A stretch of 32,000 nt of DNA, from assembly GCA_027460535.1 (NCBI GenBank), contig JAPZAR010000022.1:1-32000 (forward strand), in the 5' to 3' direction. Source of the DNA: Candidatus Methanoperedens sp. GTDB taxonomy: Archaea; Halobacteriota; Methanosarcinia; Methanosarcinales; Methanoperedenaceae. Each line of letters begins with the position of its first letter. Within the stretch, counting starts at the first letter, position 1. Position numbers and translations under genes: made by a program. The notes under the pieces are model-generated. The model saw nothing but the letters and a program-made list of their open reading frames with translations. It had not been told where the DNA came from and did not search any database. Positions 1 through 9,212 of this stretch are shown piece by piece.

Positions 1-328
1 AGTTTTGTATTATTTCCGTCTCTCACTTCAAAAATGGTTTACTTTATGTTGATTGCGGTTTATGGAAAGATGATTGTTACCAAATTATCTGGATCTTCTG
101 CTAAAAAAACTAAAAATCACTGGATTTTAGGATTGTGCCACATGATGAGTGTTTTTTATAATTATATTTACTATATTCAGTCGAAAAACAGTTCATATCC
201 GAAAGCAGCCCCCGAGCGAAGCGAGGCGCTTATCCGCGATAGCGGCGCTGAACTCAACCACGCACGGAGTGCGCGCATTCCACAGGATTCAAGACCAATA
301 CTTAAAAAATGTATTTCAATTTCACAGC

Positions 329-493
329 ATGAAATGTTTGGTAACAGGTGGTGCAGGATTTATCGGCTCTCACATGATCCAGCATTTTTTGGACCGCGGA
401 CATGAGGTCGATAATTTCGACCCCTCTTATGATAGTGCCATCAAGAAGACAAATATATTTGAACTCCAAGAGCGGAGCGAAAGTAATCATTAA
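329..493 (+). pseudogene. N-terminal fragment of an NAD-dependent epimerase/dehydratase (extended SDR)
   Basis: ATG at 329 reads [27 protein letters not shown], the classic Rossmann GxxGxxG start. The frame stops after 54 codons, whereas full-length members are about 300 aa. Confidence 0.5.
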
Positions 494-546
494 GGAATCT
501 ATATTTTATCCCAGAAAGTAATACATTGCATTTAGAGGTAATCAGG

Positions 547-1125
547 ATGAAAGTAGTAGCGTTTAACGGAAGCGCCCGAAAACAGGGCAACACTGCAATT
601 CTCATAAACCATGTGTTCACTGAATTGGAAAAAGAAGGGATAGAGACAGAATTAGTGGAGCTTGCAGGCAAGAAGATACAGGGATGTATAGCATGCTATA
701 AATGTTTTGAAACAAAAGACAGGAAATGCGCTGTCAAGAACGATATCGTGAATGATTGTATTGAAAAGATGGTGGAAGCTGATGGAATTATCCTTGGATC
801 ACCAACATATTTCGCCGATGTAACGTCAGAAATGAAGGCTCTGATAGAACGTGCAGGATTTACCGCAATGGCCAATGGCGGAATGTTCAAACGAAAGGTG
901 GGCGCCGCTGTGGTAGCAGTGCGAAGGGGAGGCGCGTTACATGTTTTTGACTCTATAAATCATTTCTTCCAGATCAACCAGATGATCGTCCCCGGTTCAA
1001 GTTACTGGAACATGGGTATTGGGAGAGAAATTGGGGACGTTAATAAAGATGAAGAAGGAATCCGGAACATGAAGAATCTCGGAGAGAATATGGCATGGCT
1101 GCTCAAAAAAATAAGAAGTGAATGA
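547..1125 (+). CDS. Iron-sulfur flavoprotein (Isf)-type NADPH-dependent FMN reductase family protein
   Basis: Flavodoxin-like start MKVVAFNGSARKQGNT and GSPTYF motif. Compact Cys cluster CIACYKCFETKDRKC (CX2CX2CX7C), as in methanogen Isf proteins. GAGGT lies upstream of the ATG at 547; the track ORF starts earlier, at 526. Confidence 0.75.
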   Translation: MKVVAFNGSARKQGNTAILINHVFTELEKEGIETELVELAGKKIQGCIACYKCFETKDRKCAVKNDIVNDCIEKMVEADGIILGSPTYFADVTSEMKALIERAGFTAMANGGMFKRKVGAAVVAVRRGGALHVFDSINHFFQINQMIVPGSSYWNMGIGREIGDVNKDEEGIRNMKNLGENMAWLLKKIRSE

Positions 1126-1432
1126 TTTGATTTTGTCTTAAGACCTGACAACCATCCTATCCGCAATCATCTGCTCCACGCTTGTTCTTATAGTACTGGA
1201 TCGTAACTGCGATCTCGAAAGGTGTCCTCTGCGGCAACTCGTCCTCTTCCACAGGAAAGTGTAAATTTTCAGGCGGCATCAATTGTTTTCATGGTTTCCA
1301 TAGGGAATGAAAATTCTGAAAATGGAAAATCGATAGCAGAGAAATTAGGTAGTTTTGCAAGAAAAAAATTTATGAACGACTTTAGACACGGAGAAGGCTT
1401 TACTCATAAATACTAGCACCAAAACTTTTAAC

Positions 1433-1464
1433 TATGACTATGGTCATGTATGAACATAGTCATA
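1433..1464. promoter_or_regulatory. Candidate TetR operator: 10-bp perfect inverted repeat TATGACTATG-N12-CATAGTCATA
   Basis: Arms at 1433-1442 and 1455-1464 are exact reverse complements. Further GTCAT half-sites lie at 1443-1447 and 1475-1479. The element sits 37-68 nt upstream of the TetR ATG. Confidence 0.45.
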
Positions 1465-1500
1465 CTAGACCGTAGTCATTATCATTAAGAAGATGGCAAT

Positions 1501-2103
1501 ATGTCCCTGCGTGAGAAAAAGAAAATAGAAACGAAAAATAAGATCTTTGAAGTGGCGGGAAGATTATTCAAAGAAAAAGGATTTGAAAGCACAAGTATTG
1601 ATGAGATTACCGAAGAAGCTGGAATAGGTAAGGGCACATTTTTCAATTATTTTCCGACTAAAGATGCGCTTCTCCTATACTTTGGAGAACAGAGGGATGA
1701 GCTAATTTATAGTTTGGTAGAAAATGATTTGACAAGAAGTTGCTCTACCAGGGATAAGATAAAGAACCTACTGGCATTTCTGGCAGAGAACTATGAAAAA
1801 GATAAAGAACTTACAAAACTGCTGGTCTTTGAATACATAAACCATATAAAATTTACAGGGTTGAAATCTGATGAAGATAAAAAAAGACGCTACCGTCTCA
1901 TTAAGATACTAAGCGATTTACTTGAAGAGGGTGTAAGAGAGGGAGACGTAAGAAGCACTATAGATGTAAAGAAAGCTACTGAAACTTTGATTGCAATCTA
2001 CTTGTTCTCACTAATGGCCTGGTTAAAGTCAGAGAGCGCTTACTCGTTTTCTAGGGATATTTCCAAAAAGATCGATATAGTATTCGAAGGTATCAGGAGT
2101 TGA
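1501..2103 (+). CDS. TetR/AcrR family transcriptional regulator
   Basis: N-terminal HTH signature KIFEVAGRLFKEKGFESTSIDEITEEAGIGKGTFFNYFPTKDALL followed by a helical C-terminal domain; 200 aa. Confidence 0.9.
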   Translation: MSLREKKKIETKNKIFEVAGRLFKEKGFESTSIDEITEEAGIGKGTFFNYFPTKDALLLYFGEQRDELIYSLVENDLTRSCSTRDKIKNLLAFLAENYEKDKELTKLLVFEYINHIKFTGLKSDEDKKRRYRLIKILSDLLEEGVREGDVRSTIDVKKATETLIAIYLFSLMAWLKSESAYSFSRDISKKIDIVFEGIRS

Positions 2104-2108
2104 ATTGT

Positions 2109-2216
2109 ATGAAGGATACTGTAATGGAACTGCAGGACGTCTGGAAAATCTATCGCATGAGTGAGTTTGATGCAGGAAGAATTGTGAAAATGCTTGATGG
2201 AAAGATAACAGGCTGA
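2109..2216 (+). pseudogene. Remnant of a MacB/LolD-type ABC ATPase with an in-frame internal collapse
   Basis: The 35-codon ORF reads MKDTVMELQDVWKIYRMSEFDAGRIVKMLDGKITG. Its start resembles an ABC ATPase N-terminus (ELxxVxKxYxM) and its end resembles the C-terminal ADRIIxMxDGKI. Walker A, the signature motif and Walker B are all absent. The stop is 5 nt before the permease ATG. Confidence 0.6.
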
Positions 2217-2221
2217 ACTAA

Positions 2222-3436
2222 ATGAAAACGTTAGATATTTTTACATTGTCCCTGAGCCACGTCAAGAAAAGCAAGATGCGAAGCTGGCTCACTATTATAG
2301 GCATAGTAATAGGTGTAGCTGCGGTCGTAGCCATAATCTCCATAGGTCAGGGTATGCAGGAAAGCGTGCAGGCTAACCTCGGTGGTCTTGGAGCTGATTT
2401 GATCACAGTCACTCCGGGTTTTTCGCGTGCTTCTAATGGTTTCGGGGGTATGGGGGCGGCTTCAGGTAATATCAACCTCACGGATAGAGACGCGAACGCG
2501 ATCAAACAGGTAGCAGGCGTATTGTATGTAAATGGCATGGTTTCAGGCAGTTCGGATATAAAACTGGGTACCGAGAAGACCTCCGTGTCCGTAAGCGGCG
2601 TCGATACGTCAGTCTGGCGCTCCATGGTCACAACGAAGCTTGAAGCAGGCAGGTATCTTCAGCCAGGCGATTCGAACACAGTAGTGATAGGCAACTCTTT
2701 AGCTCATACTACCTTTTTACAGTCTATTACCCTGAATAGACCGACTACAATAGGAGGCAAGAGTTTCAAGGTCGTTGGAATCCTTGTTTCATCAGGAGGG
2801 GGTTTTGGAGGAGGGGATAATGCGGTATATATGCCTGCAGATTACGCACGGCAAGTTATAACTACAAACTTATCCAGAAACCAGTTTACTTCAATCATGG
2901 TAAAGGTAGCCGACCCGGCGCTTGCGACTTCAATAGCCGAGGCTATCACACAAAAACTTATGCCTGAGAGACATGTCAATCCAAGAACTCAGGATTTTAC
3001 AGTCACAGCGTTCGCAGCAATACAGCAGCAGATAACCAGCATAGTCCAGTCCATATCGCTGTTCCTTGCTGCAATTGCGGCAGTCTCGCTTCTTGTGGGC
3101 GCCGTAGGAATAGCAAATACCATGTTCATGTCGGTCATGGAACGCACGAGACAGATAGGATTACTCAAGGCACTTGGGGCTACAGATAATGAAGTAATGA
3201 AACTTTTCATTATGGAATCCGGATTATTCGGATTTTTTGGTGGAATAATCGGGATAATTTTTGGCATACTGATATCAGTCATGATATCTGCGGTGGGTTT
3301 GAGCGCTGTTGTCACGCCCCAGCTTCTTATCTTTGCACTTGCATTCTCTGTATTTGTGGGCGTTCTCTCAGGCGTTGCACCTGCAAGATCGGGAGCAAAG
3401 ATGAATCCGGTGGATGCCCTGAGGTTTGAACAATAA
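2222..3436 (+). CDS. ABC transporter permease, MacB/FtsX family
   Basis: N-terminal TM helix, a large extracytoplasmic domain, then C-terminal FtsX-type helices (RTRQIGLLKALGATDNEVMKLF...). Ends NPVDALRFEQ, typical of this family; 404 aa. Confidence 0.85.
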   Translation: MKTLDIFTLSLSHVKKSKMRSWLTIIGIVIGVAAVVAIISIGQGMQESVQANLGGLGADLITVTPGFSRASNGFGGMGAASGNINLTDRDANAIKQVAGVLYVNGMVSGSSDIKLGTEKTSVSVSGVDTSVWRSMVTTKLEAGRYLQPGDSNTVVIGNSLAHTTFLQSITLNRPTTIGGKSFKVVGILVSSGGGFGGGDNAVYMPADYARQVITTNLSRNQFTSIMVKVADPALATSIAEAITQKLMPERHVNPRTQDFTVTAFAAIQQQITSIVQSISLFLAAIAAVSLLVGAVGIANTMFMSVMERTRQIGLLKALGATDNEVMKLFIMESGLFGFFGGIIGIIFGILISVMISAVGLSAVVTPQLLIFALAFSVFVGVLSGVAPARSGAKMNPVDALRFEQ

Positions 3437-3444
3437 GAGATTAT

Positions 3445-3930
3445 ATGGAAAACAGAAATTTCTTTAGAAAAATTTTAAATTCTCTGAATATTAAAGAACA
3501 TCCGGCGAAGAAACATATAGACCGAAAGCTCATTTTCAGGATAAGGATTTTTTATGTGATAGGTATAATCCTGACCGGGCTTATGCTGTATGATGTCCTG
3601 GAGGGTATTATTGGCATCGAGCTATCCATTGGCGGATTTCTCCTGGGATCATTCCTTGGGTTCATTGCCACTCGTATGTTTATAATTCACTGGCATGAAG
3701 AGAGGGCAAAAGTTGTTTCTCGTTTTGATACGATTGGCATTATTATAATGCTATTTTATGTGGCTTTTTCCATATCAAGATCATGGCTTTTCGGGCATTG
3801 GATACACGGTTCTGTCCTCACAGCCTTCACATATAGTATTCTTGCAGGAATAATGATAGGAAGGATTGTAGGTATGCGTTTGAAAATAAAAAACATACTT
3901 TCTGAACAGTTTATTTCTTCAAATGAATAA
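3445..3930 (+). CDS. Hypothetical integral membrane protein (about 4 TM)
   Basis: 161-aa ORF starting 9 nt after the permease stop. It has several hydrophobic segments and no recognisable motif. Confidence 0.55.
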   Translation: MENRNFFRKILNSLNIKEHPAKKHIDRKLIFRIRIFYVIGIILTGLMLYDVLEGIIGIELSIGGFLLGSFLGFIATRMFIIHWHEERAKVVSRFDTIGIIIMLFYVAFSISRSWLFGHWIHGSVLTAFTYSILAGIMIGRIVGMRLKIKNILSEQFISSNE

Positions 3931-3963
3931 ATAGGAGTATTCGATGCCAGTTGACTGCTATCG

Positions 3964-4653
3964 CTACCATAGGAAAGGAACAAGACGATAACGAGTCTTC
4001 TGACGATATTCTTTATAACCCGGAAGGTTTTTGGATAAAAATTTCTCTTCGTCGAGGAGTCTCAAGACAATTACAACAAACATTGGGAAGACGAAAACCA
4101 ATCCCCACAATGAACCAAGCGCAAGAGAAACAAAACATAACATCAGCAGTGCTCCTGTGTACATAGGGTGCCGAACGATTGCGTAGGGGCCAGTTGATAT
4201 GACTTTCTGCTCTTTGCCAACTTCAATGACACCGGCGGCGTACCTATTTGCTTTGAAGACAATAAAAACTATTAGAAGTCCCAGGAGAACGAAAATATCT
4301 CCGACCAAGACGAAGTTGACCGGAACATGGGACCAATGAAAGCGATGATCAATCGCCGGAACCACGATCAGTAAGATAAAAAAAAGACTTGCGAAGGCCT
4401 GTATAATTTTTTGTCTTCTCTCCTTTTCTGCGGACGGTCCTGCTTTAAGCCGTCCTTCTATCAGTTTCGGATCGTTTTTTATGAAGTAAAGAATAATCTC
4501 TAAGACCGCTATCGAAAAAATGAACAGAAAAACCCATGCTTCCCAGAAATCCAATGACCAGGCGGGGACAAAAAGCAGTACTCCCAAAATAATAACCAGC
4601 TGTGCAAGTCCAAAAAACGCTTTCTTCGTTAAATCTGCAGTGCCTTCAGCCAT
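3964..4653 (-). CDS. Isoprenylcysteine carboxyl methyltransferase (ICMT)/phospholipid methyltransferase family membrane protein
   Basis: Multi-TM protein with the family motif GPYAIVRHPMYTGALLM near the C-terminus; 229 aa. Confidence 0.75.
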   Translation of the reverse strand: MAEGTADLTKKAFFGLAQLVIILGVLLFVPAWSLDFWEAWVFLFIFSIAVLEIILYFIKNDPKLIEGRLKAGPSAEKERRQKIIQAFASLFFILLIVVPAIDHRFHWSHVPVNFVLVGDIFVLLGLLIVFIVFKANRYAAGVIEVGKEQKVISTGPYAIVRHPMYTGALLMLCFVSLALGSLWGLVFVFPMFVVIVLRLLDEEKFLSKNLPGYKEYRQKTRYRLVPFLW

Positions 4654-4689
4654 GTGTATAAATTATAGTTATATGAATATATAACTCTC

Positions 4690-5322
4690 TTATTTCTCTT
4701 TCTGATATTCAAAATATGAATACACAACGGTATAAATGGATATTAAAATCACCGGGACAACGATAATAAATATTGCAAAGCTCTCAAAAAATATTGCTAA
4801 AAGAGTAACAACTCCAACAATCTTAAACAACTTACCGCCAATTTTATGAGTTTTGTCCCATACTTTATCGCTACTCAGCGTCCAGGGTGTTCTTATTCCA
4901 ATAAACCAGTTCCTCTTGGCATTTTCGATTAAGATTCCAGAATAATAGAATAATATTGCAAAAGCAGGGGATAAAAAAATAATCATATTGAATGTATATC
5001 CAGAGTTCCAGAAAATTGTCAGTAGATATAGATAAAATAGAAAAACCATTATCGAGACTATAAATCCATCATAATATTTTCTGAATTGCTGTATATTGGA
5101 TTTTAACGGGTCTATCCTGGGTATTAAGATAAAGAGCAATAACATTCCCACTGAAATGATCGGCATAAGAAATAATCCCCAGAACTTTGACATATAACCA
5201 TTAACTAGCCCTTGAGCATTCCAGTGAGATGCCACTTTTTCTGGCATTTGAGGATAATAATAGATGCCAGTAGCGAAGGATAGAATGATTATTCCAAAGA
5301 TGATCAATTCACTTTTTCTCAT
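4690..5322 (-). CDS. SdpI/YhfL-like membrane protein with a DUF1648-type N-terminus
   Basis: N-terminal YYYPQMPEKVASHWNAQGLVNGYMSKFWG matches the DUF1648 pattern (P..IP.HWn..G..dgy.sK). The C-terminal half has a GIRTPWTLSSDKVW-type SdpI motif. Confidence 0.7.
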   Translation of the reverse strand: MRKSELIIFGIIILSFATGIYYYPQMPEKVASHWNAQGLVNGYMSKFWGLFLMPIISVGMLLLFILIPRIDPLKSNIQQFRKYYDGFIVSIMVFLFYLYLLTIFWNSGYTFNMIIFLSPAFAILFYYSGILIENAKRNWFIGIRTPWTLSSDKVWDKTHKIGGKLFKIVGVVTLLAIFFESFAIFIIVVPVILISIYTVVYSYFEYQKEK

Positions 5323-5459
5323 GTTTATGAATATTCACCCATGTTTTATTAATAGCCTGCTGCTATGAAAGTTGGACATCAGGAAACTCCTAACATAATT
5401 ATTTAAAGAAGCATGATAATATATTATTCTAAATTAACCGGTACGAACAGGCGATCCTT

Positions 5460-6170
5460 TTGCTCCCCGTAGTAACACAAGCCCTCACCAAGCGATTCGG
5501 CGAACTGACAGCAGTAGAAGATCTATCCATAACTATCAAACCAGGCGAACTCTTCGGCTTCATCGGCCCTAACGGCGCGGGCAAAACAACCACCCTGCAA
5601 ATGCTCAGCGGACAGATACCCCCAACCTCAGGCACGGCGAAAGTGTTAGGTATAGATGTTGCTGCCGACCCTATCTCAGTAAAAGCCGCTATCGGCATAG
5701 TTCCCGAACTTGAATACCCGCCCTCATTTTTGACAGTGGAAGAATATCTTCATTTTGTGTCATCGGTCAGGGGATTGCCTCAGAACGGGAATGTGGACCG
5801 GTGGATAGAATTTTTCGGTCTTGAAGAAAAGCGAGAGACGATGTGCATGAGCCTCTCCAAAGGGCAGAAGAAAAAAGTTACATTATCGGCGGGGCTGCTT
5901 CACGAACCCAGAATGCTGTTCATGGACGAGCCTTTCCTCGACCTTGACCCGCTCATCCAGAGGATATTCAAAGCATGGTTACTTGACTTCGTGAAAGGGG
6001 GCGGGACCGTGTTCCTCAGCACCCACATCCTTGAGCTTGCTGAAAAGCTCTGCACCCGGGTGGGCATCATTGATAGGGGCAGACTGGTGGCCGTGGGCAG
6101 CATGGAAGAACTCAGCAAAGCAAAAGGCGAGGACCTGGAGCAGATTTTCGTGCGTCTTGTTTCTGCTTAG
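5460..6170 (+). CDS. ABC transporter ATP-binding protein
   Basis: Walker A GPNGAGKTTT, signature variant LSKGQKKKV, Walker B LFMDEP, H-loop LSTHIL. TTG at 5460 is the only start codon after the in-frame TAA at 5430. Confidence 0.85.
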   Translation: MLPVVTQALTKRFGELTAVEDLSITIKPGELFGFIGPNGAGKTTTLQMLSGQIPPTSGTAKVLGIDVAADPISVKAAIGIVPELEYPPSFLTVEEYLHFVSSVRGLPQNGNVDRWIEFFGLEEKRETMCMSLSKGQKKKVTLSAGLLHEPRMLFMDEPFLDLDPLIQRIFKAWLLDFVKGGGTVFLSTHILELAEKLCTRVGIIDRGRLVAVGSMEELSKAKGEDLEQIFVRLVSA

Positions 6171-6179
6171 GAGGAAACT

Positions 6180-7625
6180 GTGCTCGATGTAAAGATCCTG
6201 AAATTGATGTTCAAGGAAGAGTTCAGGCTTCAGGCATCTTTTTTCAACCGCTCCTATTTTCTCTTTTCGTCCCTGACCATCGTCCTTTTCACTTTCATAA
6301 TGGGAGCGACCCTTCCCATGCTGCGGCGCACCGTGGCGATAGATGACTTGCTGCTCGTGGCGCACTGGGTACTGCTGTTCTATGGACTCAGCGTTGGCGG
6401 TTTTGCCATGTTCGGAGATCGCATCCTTGAGCGGCGCTTTGGCAGCGTGAGTCTTCTTCTGGCAAGCAGCTATACCCTGCCCATACGCTTCAGGCGGCTG
6501 TTTTTCCTGTTTTACATCAAGGATACACTTTACTATATCTTCTTCACCATCCTGCCGATGATACTTGGACTAGCGCTGGCATCCATTTTCCTGCCTATCT
6601 CTTTTTCTTCCCTGTTATTCCTCTTCGTTTCCCTTACCCTATCTTTTTTACTCGGCATCAGTTTCAGCGTGCTTCTGTTCGCATCACTGGCGCGTCTGGG
6701 CACAGCTGGATTGGTAATAGCTGCAGCGGGAGGGCTCTATCTGTGGTTTACAGGGATTGATATTAAAGAGGTAGCGGCTCAACTCCCCGCACTTGTATTC
6801 TACCATTCCCATTCTTTTCACCTGGTGCTTGAAGTATTGATAACATTACTCGGGCTTGGAGTGATCTCCTATTTTTTCATAAAAGAAGTGCCTGCTCCCT
6901 ATGAGCGCAAGGCAAAGGAAGCGTTCATGAAAACTGCGCGTTTGACCTCCAGGCTTGCACCGAAATATGGCCCCGTGCTGTCCAAGGATATTATAGACCT
7001 TATACGCAGCGGTATCATATTCCCCGTCATACTGACTTTCCTTATGCCTCTTCTCTTCTTATATGCGGTGACATGGTTCGTCGAATCTGTAATGCTCTGG
7101 GACTTCAGTTTTTCCCTGCTATTCTATGCAGCCATGGTAGGGTTCTTCTGCACCCTGCTCTATAGCTGGCTGTCCAACATTGACATATCAGAATGTTACA
7201 ATTCCCTGCCCCTGTCCATGCCCCATGTTATCCGAACAAAATTAATACTTTTCCTGTTCTTTATATGTGTCGTGGCAGTGCCGTACCTTGTTGTAGTGGG
7301 ATATCTGAAAGGAGAGAGGGACTTGCTGATGATTGGCTTTTTCATAATGTTCACAGTATCTGCATATGTAGGATATGTGCTTGCTTTTCTCACAGGATTG
7401 TTCACGAATAGCTATCTTCTCGACGCAAAGATCCTGCTTCAGTTCTCGCTGGCGGTGGTTCCTGTATTGCTGGCTGAAACGCTTTTGTCATTCTATTATC
7501 CGGTAAACAGCGAATTTTCAACCCTCTACATCGCGGGTCTGGGACTTATCCTGGTTGCAGCTTCCATGGTATTCCTGAGCAAGCTGGACAGCCGCTGGCA
7601 AGGCAGGATGTTCAGGATTGCCTGA
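6180..7625 (+). CDS. Polytopic membrane protein, putative permease partner of the upstream ABC ATPase
   Basis: GTG start preceded by AGGAGGA, 9 nt after the ATPase stop. The 481-aa product is hydrophobic throughout and I recognise no family motif. Confidence 0.65.
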   Translation: MLDVKILKLMFKEEFRLQASFFNRSYFLFSSLTIVLFTFIMGATLPMLRRTVAIDDLLLVAHWVLLFYGLSVGGFAMFGDRILERRFGSVSLLLASSYTLPIRFRRLFFLFYIKDTLYYIFFTILPMILGLALASIFLPISFSSLLFLFVSLTLSFLLGISFSVLLFASLARLGTAGLVIAAAGGLYLWFTGIDIKEVAAQLPALVFYHSHSFHLVLEVLITLLGLGVISYFFIKEVPAPYERKAKEAFMKTARLTSRLAPKYGPVLSKDIIDLIRSGIIFPVILTFLMPLLFLYAVTWFVESVMLWDFSFSLLFYAAMVGFFCTLLYSWLSNIDISECYNSLPLSMPHVIRTKLILFLFFICVVAVPYLVVVGYLKGERDLLMIGFFIMFTVSAYVGYVLAFLTGLFTNSYLLDAKILLQFSLAVVPVLLAETLLSFYYPVNSEFSTLYIAGLGLILVAASMVFLSKLDSRWQGRMFRIA

Positions 7626-8066
7626 GGACATTTCCCTGCTGTTCCCTCACACTTTTGCTTTTAGCAGTTCAACATCGGCATGCAATCTTCAGCACGTTGA
7701 CGACAACTGTTACTTTCGTTTTATTTTTGTTCTCCAGTTTACCGCAAATTTTTTCAATGAAACGAAAGCTGCAGAAGGGTTTTAGAATCGCAGGAATGGA
7801 TTGGATCTGCTCATTTTTCCAGGGTTTTCTGGATTCTGTCCAGTGGAACCAGTGCGGGAAGGCATCCCCTGTATTTTAGTTTCCTTTGCAGCCCGAAATA
7901 TTCACTGTTCTCCACCAGTGTCAACTCCGCTATCCTCCGAGAACACATATGCTCATCTTCAAGCATACCGCATGAAATTATGCTTAATACTGGCATTCCC
8001 TTCGCTGATGTTATAAGGGGATATGGATGAGTTCATGCGCCTGCTAAACAGGTTCCATAATTATAT

Positions 8067-8587
8067 TTATTGCACCTTCAACAGGAAACCATAGGCTACA
8101 CTGCCTTTTTCTTTCCATCTTGGGAATACCTCCATTACGTAAAGCCCTGGTTCGAGTGAAAGGTTTACATCCTGTTCACTCTCAAGAGGAAGGATAAAGT
8201 ACGTTCCGTCGATGGAACGCCAGAACTGCAAGTCTCCAGCGGCAGTTTCAAGTATATCTTTATTCGTAACTTGAACGACCTTGAGTTGTAACTCCTGAGG
8301 AGGTCCCTTTAGAGGTAGGCTGAGATGCGCTGTAACAGGTGACTTTGCAGTCAGTGGCTCACTAACTGTCGGTATGCCTGCATAATCAGCACAAACAAAT
8401 TCCCAGGCTTCATCCAGCAATATGAGCCGATCCCCGAAATCTGTTGCTTCCCATCTAGCTTAAGAATTGCCGGTGGCGGTTTTATTATTTCCCTTTGTAG
8501 CGGCATATGCAATTGAAAATTTATGATTATCAGGATTAAAACCGCTAATATTAGTCCTAAAATTGCATATTTGATTTTCTTGTTCAT
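8067..8587 (-). pseudogene. Secreted or membrane-anchored protein gene interrupted by a frameshift
   Basis: ORF 8351-8587 encodes a signal/anchor segment (MNKKIKYAILGLILAVLILIII...) running to ...ISGIGSYCW. ORF 8067-8420 in another frame continues ...DEAWEFVCADYAGIPT... to a 117-aa beta-rich domain. The two frames overlap around 8405-8420. Confidence 0.5.
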
Positions 8588-8834
8588 TATTTTTCACCAC
8601 AATTTATAAGGACTTCGCTTGTATCGCCTCAAATTCCAGTCCTAAAATTGCACTGGTTTTGTGAAGATATCAGGTTCTTCAAATGACTTGCCGCACAGTT
8701 ATCCAGTGCCGAAGGCTGTACAGGAACAGGCGTTGCAGTAGCATTAGCATATGCGAGTACTCTTTATAAGAATACCGTTAGCCCAGTAGAATCCGGTATC
8801 TTCAGATGGCATTTAAGACTGGGAGAGTTGCTGT

Positions 8835-9212
8835 TTAGAAACGGATGTTTGGCGGATTCTCAATGATGTCCCCCCTGATAATTACATATGTTTCATTAAT
8901 CAACCGTGTTGAACCATTAGAAACATTTGTGGTTTGACCGGATTTAATATAAAAAGTACCGTTAAAAACCACATAGCCTTCTTTTCTAAAAGCATACGTA
9001 TGATTTCCTTCTTTTAGACCAGAAATAGTAGTAGGAGTAACTTCTTCTACATTGGAACCATCTATCCATATCTCTGCTCCTGATGGCCAGGATGTAAAGT
9101 TTGCAGAACCAGGTGTACTTTTCTCAACGCATCCTGAAAGAAAAACACTACCAGCTAATGAAGCATAGAACATAATTGCAATCACAATTTTAGTTTTAAT
9201 CTGCATTTTCAT
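8835..9212 (-). CDS. PEGA-domain lipoprotein
   Basis: Signal peptide with lipobox-like FLSGC, then a PEGA-like module: SWPSGAEIWIDGSNVEEVTPTTISGLKEGNHTYAFRKEGYV. An internal ATG at 9212 or 9206 fits better than the track start at 9284. Confidence 0.65.
   Translation of the reverse strand: MKMQIKTKIVIAIMFYASLAGSVFLSGCVEKSTPGSANFTSWPSGAEIWIDGSNVEEVTPTTISGLKEGNHTYAFRKEGYVVFNGTFYIKSGQTTNVSNGSTRLINETYVIIRGDIIENPPNIRF

Noticed and set aside
205-295. GC-rich ~90-nt island (gcagcccccgagcgaagcgaggcgcttatccgcgatagcggcgctgaactcaaccacgcacggagtgcgcgc) in an AT-rich intergenic region, considered as a tRNA or structured ncRNA
   Set aside because: I could build no cloverleaf, T-loop (GTTCRAATC) or convincing long stem. 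Only short local hairpins appear, such as CGCAC-GGA-GTGCG. It may be debris next to the truncated epimerase fragment. A covariance-model scan is needed before any call.
34-405. 123-aa plus-strand ORF at the window start
   Set aside because: Low-complexity, non-protein-like translation that runs through the GC-rich island. It overlaps the more credible epimerase fragment in another frame and has no ribosome-binding site.
1222-1416. 64-aa ORF between the flavoprotein and TetR genes
   Set aside because: Non-ATG (GTG) start, no ribosome-binding site, and an unconvincing sequence. The minus strand here also has short protein-like fragments, so this is more likely intergenic or decayed DNA.
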